Source of the DNA: an uncultured Legionellales bacterium
Lineage (GTDB): Bacteria > Pseudomonadota > Gammaproteobacteria > UBA1113
DNA: 42,985 nt
Assembly (NCBI GenBank): GCA_964621215.1
Contig: CAZULF010000003.1
Coordinates: 1 to 42,985, forward strand
Reading direction: 5' to 3'
The notes beneath the pieces are model-generated. The model saw only the letters and a program-made list of their open reading frames with translations, had not been told where the DNA came from and searched no databases. This document shows, in pieces, positions 24,956 to 32,951 of this stretch; positions within the stretch are counted from its first letter, which is position 1, and each line of letters opens with the position of its first letter. A program made the position numbers and the translations under genes.

Positions 24956-25032
24956 CGTCGTCCCGCGGCTTGTCCGCGGGATCCAGAACGCATCGACATG
25001 ACATGGATCCCGCGAACAAGTCGCGGGACGAC
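24956..25032. repeat. Family B full element (two inverted 28-29-nt units, 20-nt core)
   Basis: cgtcgtcccgcggcttgtccgcgggatcc agaacgcatcgacatgacat ggatcccgcgaacaagtcgcgggacgac. Confidence 0.9.
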
Positions 25033-25066
25033 AAAGTGATAATCCAGCAAAAAATAGAGAAAACCC

Positions 25067-26422
25067 ATGCCAAAACTCTCGACAGAAACTTCCGATAAAA
25101 AAATCTATACTGTTGCCGAAATCAATCGTACTATTCGTGCTTTACTAGAACAACAATTCGGGAGTATTTGGATCGAAGGAGAAATTTCTAATTTCAAGCA
25201 TTACCCTTCAGGTCATATGTATTTTTCATTGAAAGATGAGCAAGCACAAATTCGTTGTGTCATGTTTGCCGGACGTAATCGTCTGCTGACGTTCAAGCCG
25301 CAAGATGGACAACATGTATTGCTTAAAGCGAAAGCTAGCCTGTATGAAGATCGCGGTGATTTTCAATTATTAATTGATTATATGGAAGAAGCGGGCGATG
25401 GCGCGCTAAAACGTGCTTTTGAATTATTGAAAAAACAATTAGCCGCTGAAGGTTTATTTCAAGAACGCTACAAAAAAGCCTTACCGGAATTACCTCGTTG
25501 TATTGGATTAGTCACTTCATCACGCGGCGCTGCAATACATGATATTCTCATTACATTAGAACGAAGATTTCCATCTATTCCTGTCATCATTTATCCAACC
25601 TTAGTGCAAGGCATGGAGGCACCTGCGAGTATTGTTAAAGCAATTCATCTGGCAAATTTACGCAATGAGTGTGATGTTTTGATCGTGGGACGCGGCGGTG
25701 GTTCATTAGAAGATCTGCAAGCGTTTAATACTGAAATAGTTGCACGAGCCATCTTCGCCAGTGAAATTCCTATCATCAGCGCTGTAGGTCATGAAGTGGA
25801 TGTCACTATTGCAGATTTTGTCGCTGATGTGCGTGCTGCTACACCCACTGCCGCAGCGGAGTTAGTTAGTCCTGACCGAGACAGTTGGATTGCAGACATT
25901 GAAGCATTGCGTGAACAATTGGTCGATGGTGTAACCAATTTCATTCAACAAAAAATGTTGGAAATTGATTGGTTAAGTAAACGTATCAAACATCCCGGTG
26001 AGCGTTTGCGCGAATTACAAGAACGCATGTTACAATTGCAAAAAAATCTCTGGCACGCCGTGCGGCACAGTTTGTTAAAGCAACAACAACAGATCGAACA
26101 ATTACATGCACGATTGCGACACCATTCACCGTTACAATCTTTGTCGCAATATCAGCATCATATTTCTTTGTTATACCAAAAAATTGGTTATCAACTACGT
26201 CAACAACTTCAATCATCACAATCGCAACTCGCTGAAATCGTGGCTCGGTTAGAGGGCATGAGTCCACTCAAAACCTTAAGCCGCGGCTATGCCATTTTAC
26301 ACAGCACTTCCACCGGGAAAGTCATCGATACAGTACAAACTGCTACTGTCGGCGAATCCATAACCGCCCAACTGCTCGACGGGCAGCTATGTTGTCAGGT
26401 GGTTTCGAAGAAAATTAATTAA
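25067..26422 (+). CDS. xseA: Exodeoxyribonuclease VII large subunit
   Basis: N-terminal OB-fold (IWIEGEISNFKHYPSGHMYFSLKD), catalytic core (GRGGGSLEDL, SAVGHEVD) and a long coiled-coil C-terminus. Confidence 0.93.
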   Translation: MPKLSTETSDKKIYTVAEINRTIRALLEQQFGSIWIEGEISNFKHYPSGHMYFSLKDEQAQIRCVMFAGRNRLLTFKPQDGQHVLLKAKASLYEDRGDFQLLIDYMEEAGDGALKRAFELLKKQLAAEGLFQERYKKALPELPRCIGLVTSSRGAAIHDILITLERRFPSIPVIIYPTLVQGMEAPASIVKAIHLANLRNECDVLIVGRGGGSLEDLQAFNTEIVARAIFASEIPIISAVGHEVDVTIADFVADVRAATPTAAAELVSPDRDSWIADIEALREQLVDGVTNFIQQKMLEIDWLSKRIKHPGERLRELQERMLQLQKNLWHAVRHSLLKQQQQIEQLHARLRHHSPLQSLSQYQHHISLLYQKIGYQLRQQLQSSQSQLAEIVARLEGMSPLKTLSRGYAILHSTSTGKVIDTVQTATVGESITAQLLDGQLCCQVVSKKIN

Positions 26423-26527
26423 TAGTGTCGCCGTAACTACAAAAAACCTATAAAAACCGTCTAAAAGGACAATAGTTTAAATTATTGACCATCTCTATAC
26501 TCTCTTTATTTGAGTTAGAGTGATCTG

Positions 26528-27346
26528 ATGGATAATATCAACAATTCACCCGTTTCATTACAATACACGAATATCATTCAGGAAATTTGTCGTCCGCTAT
26601 TTGAAAATACGCGGATAAAACATTTTTCTCATTGTGTCCTTAATGAAAATAATCAACTCAGCGGGTTGTGTTCACATCCTTCTTTTACTGAGTTTTATGT
26701 GGGGAATAAGTATTATAATTTCTCCATTGAATTATTAAAATCAGTTAACTCATCACGATCTATTTTTTCAGATTTTATAAACTTAAATGGAAAAACTCTA
26801 GAGTTACACACGGATGCTGCACAATTTGGTTTTGGGCATTTCTTTACTATTGTTAAAGTCCATCATAATATTAAAGAATCTTTCCATTTCGCTGGCGCCA
26901 TTGATGACGATGAAGTTAATAACTTTTATATCCAGCATCGCGATAGCTTAGAAAATTTCATTTTATATTATAAAGATAGAGTTCAAAGCAATCCATTATT
27001 GCGACAAGTTTTCGATGAGATATGGATTGCTGACTCAGAAGAAAATGAGCACTATCTCGATTTCAACATCACGCCAAAACCAACTTTATATTTAAATACT
27101 GACAAATATGTCGTTGGCATTAACCAGGCGGTATTATCAAAACGTGAAATCGAATGCTTGTATTGGCTCACTCACGGTAAAACGCTTGAGGAGGTCGCAA
27201 GCTTATTAACTATTTCGCGTCGAACCGTAAAGGCGCACGTTGAAAACGTTAAAGCAAAATTGAAATGTGAAACCCTTTTTCAATTGGGACAAGCGTATCA
27301 AAGTTTAGAGCTTTGGCGTTTGCTGAGTAAAAATGACGTGCGTTGA
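26528..27346 (+). CDS. LuxR/GerE-family transcriptional regulator, no receiver domain (paralog 1)
   Basis: C-terminal HTH LSKREIECLYWLTHGKTLEEVASLLTISRRTVKAHVENVKAKL. The N-terminal domain of about 190 aa is of unknown type. Collinear with the ORF at 29575-30390. Confidence 0.85.
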   Translation: MDNINNSPVSLQYTNIIQEICRPLFENTRIKHFSHCVLNENNQLSGLCSHPSFTEFYVGNKYYNFSIELLKSVNSSRSIFSDFINLNGKTLELHTDAAQFGFGHFFTIVKVHHNIKESFHFAGAIDDDEVNNFYIQHRDSLENFILYYKDRVQSNPLLRQVFDEIWIADSEENEHYLDFNITPKPTLYLNTDKYVVGINQAVLSKREIECLYWLTHGKTLEEVASLLTISRRTVKAHVENVKAKLKCETLFQLGQAYQSLELWRLLSKNDVR

Positions 27347-27358
27347 TTATAGAATTAA

Positions 27359-29341
27359 TTACAATTTTGCGAACAAGTATTTTTTTTCTTCTTTATCTTT
27401 AAGTGCATAAGGAACCTTGGGGGCGGGTTCAAATAATTTTCTAAAAAAGGGAGCGCTATCTGATGCCAACTCAGGAAATGGTTTTGCCTCCGGGCCTCTA
27501 GTTAACTTGAATCTCCCTTCTAACACCTCTTCATTATGAGGATTATCGAGAACTAGACTGACAAGTGCTTTTTCTCTTGGATCTAACAAGTTACTGGCCT
27601 GCTTTAGTGATTCATAGCGAGCACCCACTATATGTGCGAATGTGCGGCATCCTTGTTTTTCACCTCGGGCGTCTGAAGCACTTACTGTCAATGGTTCTAT
27701 CTTGAAAACTTGTTGTCCACATCGAATGAGATTTAAACTTTCCTTCACTCCATAAACTGCAGCGCACGCTTGTGGCACTAATTTTAAGGCTTCACTACTA
27801 TTCAAACTCATTTCTAAATCTTCTAAGCCCATTTGTAAAAGTGGATATTTGCTTGCCGCTTCAAACATCGTCTGTACGTTCACTTTGCCGTCAAAGGACT
27901 TCGCTAAAGCTTGACCAATAAGCTTGGAAATGTATGTCATACTCCGCTCAAAATCCGCACTCACTTGTGGGTTAGCTTTAGATAGAGGAATATAAACTAT
28001 GAAGGCTTCTTTATCATTGAGAGTAGTTGGGTAGCCTTCAAAAGTCAGAAATCCCCCAATATAACTGGTTTTATCCTTCTTCGTCACATAGAGAATGCAA
28101 ATATAGCGGGGGCGTCCATGATCGCTCAATTCATTCCAAAAATAGTTTACAAATTCTTTTTCATTTTTATTTTTATCCAATTCAAATTCTTTAAACAATT
28201 TCCATAAAAAATCGACTTCTTCGCTAGTTAGTTCGTTAGCCCTTTTAACAGATACATTTAAACTATCTCCGTTATATGTTTCAAATTTGTATGCAAAACC
28301 TCCGGTTTCATTTGTCTCAGTTGGCGGAGTAATTTTTTTATACCCAGGTTTCGGTGTCAGTCTTTTTTTGATGGCTGCATTACCCTGCAAAATTCTGTTA
28401 ACACCCTCTAAATTTTTTGCTTCTTCTGGCACTTTGAATTTGCTTGGGGTTGCACGGGCTTTTAGTATGTTTATCATTTCACAAATAATCGAACTTATTA
28501 CGCTTTGTGGACCAAATATCTCACTACGAAAAACCGCTTCAGTTTCTGGAAGACTACCATCATGCGATTTAAGCAAGGGATTAGCATTGTGTAACATCAG
28601 TAACTCTAAAATTTTGGATAACTTTTCTGTTTCCTCAATTTTATTTTCTTCACATGCAAACAAAGGACACTTCTCAAAGACAAAACGTAACATGGTATAA
28701 CCATTCGAGGTAAATGAGTTGGGATCTGCTCCTTCAGCTAATAATTTCTCAACTGTATCTACTTCGTAGTTATCGATAGCCATTTCTAGAGCTTCGTTTA
28801 CAACGTTATTTTTTGTTTCTTGTACCGGCTCCTCTCTAGTTTCCCATCCTCCATCTAAAACAGCTGATTTACTTCGTTGATGAAAATTTAAGAAGTCCTC
28901 AATGAATGGTTGTTCGCGTTCTGCGGTAAAATAGGCTGCTGTAATCGTATCGATAGATCTCACGCCTATAAAAATCTGTTTCATATAGTGTAAGGCCGTT
29001 GTAGGATCAAATTGTTCAAAAGAGTAAGAACAGAACGCATTATCACGGCCTGTAAACATTTCCCTGGGCACGGAAGCATTAGGTAAGTGTTTTTTCAAAA
29101 ATCCCGTTTGCACAAACGATTTAACTCGTACTTCTAAATAAGCACCGTTGCCAATGTATGGATTACCACAAGTCAATGTAATTCTCTCTAATGGCGACGC
29201 ATCCGGGAAAATTAAAGTATGCTTAGTATATCTTTCCATACCCTGAGGAAGTGGCCTGCTACGACGACGCAAAAAAACGGTATCACCCCGATTCTCTTCT
29301 GAAACTGTTGTGATACTAAAAAAAGATTGCTGTCTAAACAT
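27359..29341 (-). CDS. Ankyrin-repeat-containing protein with large uncharacterised N- and C-terminal regions (effector-like)
   Basis: Two ankyrin-like repeats at aa 181-268 (VDTVEKLLAEGADPNSFTSNGYTMLRF..., ILELLMLHNANPLLKSHDGSLPE). The remainder has no recognisable motif. Confidence 0.75.
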   Translation of the reverse strand: MFRQQSFFSITTVSEENRGDTVFLRRRSRPLPQGMERYTKHTLIFPDASPLERITLTCGNPYIGNGAYLEVRVKSFVQTGFLKKHLPNASVPREMFTGRDNAFCSYSFEQFDPTTALHYMKQIFIGVRSIDTITAAYFTAEREQPFIEDFLNFHQRSKSAVLDGGWETREEPVQETKNNVVNEALEMAIDNYEVDTVEKLLAEGADPNSFTSNGYTMLRFVFEKCPLFACEENKIEETEKLSKILELLMLHNANPLLKSHDGSLPETEAVFRSEIFGPQSVISSIICEMINILKARATPSKFKVPEEAKNLEGVNRILQGNAAIKKRLTPKPGYKKITPPTETNETGGFAYKFETYNGDSLNVSVKRANELTSEEVDFLWKLFKEFELDKNKNEKEFVNYFWNELSDHGRPRYICILYVTKKDKTSYIGGFLTFEGYPTTLNDKEAFIVYIPLSKANPQVSADFERSMTYISKLIGQALAKSFDGKVNVQTMFEAASKYPLLQMGLEDLEMSLNSSEALKLVPQACAAVYGVKESLNLIRCGQQVFKIEPLTVSASDARGEKQGCRTFAHIVGARYESLKQASNLLDPREKALVSLVLDNPHNEEVLEGRFKLTRGPEAKPFPELASDSAPFFRKLFEPAPKVPYALKDKEEKKYLFAKL

Positions 29342-29511
29342 GATGGTATTGGCCTTTAGTCATATTTATAAGGCTAATTTTATCATGATTTGTGCTTTTT
29401 TCAAACAAAAACCGTCCTTTTGGACAATTGAGCAAGTTGAGGTCAGACGGTATACTGCTTCCACTAATAAGAGAATTTTACATTTTGATTGCGAATCGCA
29501 AATTTAGTGTT

Positions 29512-29544
29512 ATTAATAAAAGGTTAATAATATTATGATAAAAT
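29512..29544 (+). promoter_or_regulatory. PmrA-like tandem box plus extended -10 promoter upstream of luxR paralog 2
   Basis: aTTAATAAA-ag-gTTAATAAT (29512-29531), then 4 nt, TGa, TAAAAT (29539-44). Repeat period is 11 bp. The start codon lies 31 nt downstream of the -10. Confidence 0.45.
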
Positions 29545-29574
29545 TCATATTACTATTAAAAGTAAAGGTATTTT

Positions 29575-30390
29575 ATGAATAAACAGAGAAAACCTGAAGC
29601 ATTATTTCACGTTGACGCAATTCAAGAAATTTGCCAACCCTTATTCGACAAAACGCCGGTGACTTATTTCTCACATTGCCTTGTCACTGAAGAAAATCAA
29701 TTCGCAGGCTTATCATCTAATCCTGAGTTCAGTGAGTTATATGCTAACAAACGTTTTTATAACTTTGAAATCGAATCGGTGAGTCTGTTGAACTCTTCAC
29801 AGAGTATCTTGTCAGATCTATTGGAATTTAAGGGTAAATCTCGTGAGCTCCATGATGATGCTGCTCAGCTGGGATTTGGACATTTTTTTACGCTTATTAA
29901 AGAAAATAATGGCAGCAAAGAATGTTTCCATTTTGCTGGCGCTATTGAGAATGAAGGAGTAAATAGATTTTATAACTATCATCAAGATTGCTTAGAAAAT
30001 TTTATCCTCTATTTTAAAGATAAAGTTCAAGGTAGCGCCGCATTACGAGGCATTTTTGATGATTTATACTCGCCCGACAAAGATAAAACATCGCCTTATT
30101 TTGATATTGATATCGATAATCAGGTATCCTCGCTTTACTTTGCTGCAGATAAATATGTTCTAGGTATTAATCAACCCACCTTATCGAAACGTGAAGTAGA
30201 ATGTTTATATTGGTTAACTCAAGGTAAAACACTGGAAGAAGCTGCGATCATATTATCTATCTCACGTCGAACAGTGAAAGCTCACATTGAAAATGTCAAA
30301 GAAAAACTTCAATGCAACACCTTATTTCAACTTGGTGAAGCTTATCACCGATTACAACTCTGGCGATTATTTAGAAGGCGCGGATTATGA
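29575..30390 (+). CDS. LuxR/GerE-family transcriptional regulator, no receiver domain (paralog 2)
   Basis: HTH LSKREVECLYWLTQGKTLEEAAIILSISRRTVKAHIENVKEKL. The N-terminal domain is collinear with paralog 1 (IQEICxPLF, HFFT, FHFAGAI, LENFILY). Confidence 0.85.
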   Translation: MNKQRKPEALFHVDAIQEICQPLFDKTPVTYFSHCLVTEENQFAGLSSNPEFSELYANKRFYNFEIESVSLLNSSQSILSDLLEFKGKSRELHDDAAQLGFGHFFTLIKENNGSKECFHFAGAIENEGVNRFYNYHQDCLENFILYFKDKVQGSAALRGIFDDLYSPDKDKTSPYFDIDIDNQVSSLYFAADKYVLGINQPTLSKREVECLYWLTQGKTLEEAAIILSISRRTVKAHIENVKEKLQCNTLFQLGEAYHRLQLWRLFRRRGL

Positions 30391-30655
30391 AAAAGCTTGG
30401 GCTGCGATGGATGCCTCTACTTTCGCCGAGTCGTGCAACGCGCGACCAATCACGCATGGAGCAACCGCAGCGATAAAATATGCCGTATGGCGTTTATTTT
30501 AGTGGATGCAGCGAAGTAAGGATAATGCAATAATTACCTCCGACCGGCCCTATAAGCGTGTCTACTGCCTTGCAAGCAGAAGGATACGCTGAAATACACG
30601 CATCACTACTATCAATTTTTTCTGCTTAGCAAGTCCTTCATTACCTTTTTGACTC

Positions 30656-31411
30656 CTAAGAAAATTGAAAATCAACTCGAGAGGTAATTCCTTCCTCTAT
30701 TCCCGTAGCGCTAAATAATCGATTAATTTCTTGATTGATATAGTCTTCATCCATCTGCTGTAAGACGACATTAAACGTACCAAGCAACGCTTTACAACCT
30801 TTCTCGGTAATTGGTTGAGTGATTGCAGGAATAGAATAAGGTTGCAACTTTTCAGCCAATCTCAGATGAATACGCGTTTTCGTTAATAAAAAACGATCCA
30901 AAATAAGTTTAATTGCAGAGGGGTTATAGTCTAACAAAGAATGATAAGGCGATGCTTCTGACATGACGATTGTTCGAAGCTTGTCAGTAATATTAGGCTC
31001 ATCCTCTTGCAAAGCTAAATATAGCGCGTGATACACGGTAACGAGTGCTAAATGGCCTGGCGAATAATAAATGCGGGCGTAACGTTCAGCATAATCTAAA
31101 GCTAAAGTATAATTACTACTCTCTAAATTAAGCTGATATAACTCATTTAATACATAAGGATAGGGGTTTGGTTCGTCTCTCAAATATATTTGTTCCGCAT
31201 TGCTTTGAATATTATTATTAAATGCCAGCGAATGACAGGCTTGTAAAAATAGTGCTTTAGTGTTCGGTTGGGTAATTTGAGGAATAAATTGAAAGAAATA
31301 TCCGCATAAAACTATCCATTGCGTATCAGAAAGTCGTTTGGCAATGTCATTATCCGGATCAGCTAATTTTGCCAATGGCAGTTGTTTCGCTTGTTCAAGC
31401 AGTTCGTCCAT
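30656..31411 (-). CDS. Hypothetical all-helical protein (251 aa)
   Basis: ORF with AAGGA 8 nt upstream of the ATG, 64 bp downstream of the 437-aa ORF on the same strand. No recognisable motif. Confidence 0.6.
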   Translation of the reverse strand: MDELLEQAKQLPLAKLADPDNDIAKRLSDTQWIVLCGYFFQFIPQITQPNTKALFLQACHSLAFNNNIQSNAEQIYLRDEPNPYPYVLNELYQLNLESSNYTLALDYAERYARIYYSPGHLALVTVYHALYLALQEDEPNITDKLRTIVMSEASPYHSLLDYNPSAIKLILDRFLLTKTRIHLRLAEKLQPYSIPAITQPITEKGCKALLGTFNVVLQQMDEDYINQEINRLFSATGIEEGITSRVDFQFS

Positions 31412-31475
31412 GATAAAAATCCTTTCTTGTTAATCCCTATAACAGAGGCAAGTGTACTCGAATTTACAACAAATG

Positions 31476-32789
31476 TTAACTAACAGTCACTCCCGGTTTA
31501 GCCATCAACCAGTCCGCATCTTCCTCTGTGATATTATCCCCATGCATAATGCTACAGTTTCCGTCTAAATACTCTTCTGCAATCGGTTGCTTTTTGAATA
31601 CCGGTGCCGGTGGGAAAAAATTAAATGCACGTGTTGGATTAGGTTTACTTTTCTTTGTAATATCTTGAACCGGTTCTTGATCCTGATGCACGCTTTTTTC
31701 TTGTACTGGCAAATGCGTGTCTTTTTTTCGTTCCTGTAATAAATGAGCCGCATTAATTATTTTCTGCATAAACTCAACGACCTTATCTTTCGCTGGTTTC
31801 TGCGGATAAGGCGGTTGATAAACTAAAGTAAAGCTAATGTTGTCATTAATTGTGACACTGTAAACTAGTTTTTCAACAACAGGATAAGTATATCCTGCTT
31901 TAAGAATGGGGTAGGCCTGGATGCGCACACTGTTACCGTTATTTAATAAATCTGCACAGGCATCTTCTACTGTTTGTTTCATCCACATATTCATGCTCTC
32001 TTCCATTAAGAGCATATTGTTTGGCTGCTGGCCTTTTTTACCTCGAAAACGAAATGCACAGATATGACCCCAGTGATAATTTTTATTGAGATCTAAACCT
32101 TCTAAGGCTGCTGCTTGGTTGGGCCCTATGCCCATAACTTGATTTTGATTGGGCTTGCGTTGATGATTATCTTTCTTTAATTGCCGTTTGATATTGGTGA
32201 CATCTTTCTTGGTTAAAGTGACATCTTGTAAATACGGATTGTTGGGATCGTAATCCGCACGTTGCGTTACCGGTGAACTAAGGCTGACTTGTGCGCCAAG
32301 TTCACTTTCTAAATCCTGAACAATTTGACTCTCTCCCTCCAGTGGGGTGTAAACATCAACGACACCCAATCGGGCATGCAAACTATATTCGCTTCCGCCA
32401 GGAGAAACTGGTGTCCCATCCTCTCTTCGTGTTAAAACTGGGTTGTTATCAATAGAAGCCAGAGCAGGCTCTAAGATTGCTTTACTGTTTGGTGATAAAT
32501 TTTTTCCGGGCACAATCACCGTTTTGCGTTGATGGTCTACGCCAAACGACGGATGTTTTTTAATTTTGAGTTTTTCTGGCGTTTCCGGGATAGGGGCTGC
32601 CATAAATGGTTTATTGGGAGAAAGCGATGAACGAGCCGGATTATCGTGCCAAACTACATCAGGCGGAATAGTAACCATAGGCAAGTCCTCTCGCTCTTCA
32701 ATGTGAGTATTGATGGAAGGCAGAGGACAGGATAAATCCTGTATAATCAAATAGTTAGAATGTATTTTTGTCTTTGCTTCGGGTTTCAT
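31476..32789 (-). CDS. Hypothetical protein (437 aa) with a weak His-Me-finger/nuclease-like motif
   Basis: Long ORF. The first ATG has no Shine-Dalgarno sequence, while Met38 (32678) has GAGAGGA upstream. Motif NYHWGH...NNMLLMEESMNMWMKQTVE lies at aa 237-276. The C-terminus has an EEDAD acidic patch. Confidence 0.6.
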   Translation of the reverse strand: MKPEAKTKIHSNYLIIQDLSCPLPSINTHIEEREDLPMVTIPPDVVWHDNPARSSLSPNKPFMAAPIPETPEKLKIKKHPSFGVDHQRKTVIVPGKNLSPNSKAILEPALASIDNNPVLTRREDGTPVSPGGSEYSLHARLGVVDVYTPLEGESQIVQDLESELGAQVSLSSPVTQRADYDPNNPYLQDVTLTKKDVTNIKRQLKKDNHQRKPNQNQVMGIGPNQAAALEGLDLNKNYHWGHICAFRFRGKKGQQPNNMLLMEESMNMWMKQTVEDACADLLNNGNSVRIQAYPILKAGYTYPVVEKLVYSVTINDNISFTLVYQPPYPQKPAKDKVVEFMQKIINAAHLLQERKKDTHLPVQEKSVHQDQEPVQDITKKSKPNPTRAFNFFPPAPVFKKQPIAEEYLDGNCSIMHGDNITEEDADWLMAKPGVTVS

Positions 32790-32951
32790 AATAATAATAT
32801 TTATCTTTTATCAAAAATTAGACTCTATTATACCGTGCTTTTTTTGTACTGTCCAGCCTGTTTTGTCAATTTAAAGAGCTAACTAGTTGATAATATTGCC
32901 GCAGTAAGTGACAATGCAACTCGAAATACTTTATTCAAAAAGGAATTCATC

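Noticed and set aside
29377-29385. Extended -10 (TGaTAAAAT on the - strand) as promoter of the ankyrin gene
   Set aside because: It is plausible, but the -35 spacing is poor and there is no PmrA-like box. The region is too AT-rich to call from sequence alone.
30287-30502. 71-aa track ORF overlapping the 3' end of luxR paralog 2
   Set aside because: It is out of frame with a well-supported CDS for its first third, and has no RBS. The remainder lies in a GC-rich remnant where all frames are open.
30500-30640. RsmY/RsmZ-like CsrA-sequestering sRNA (three GGA motifs)
   Set aside because: There are only three GGA motifs and they are not clearly in hairpin loops. There is no LetA-type palindromic box upstream and no terminator. 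The evidence is insufficient.
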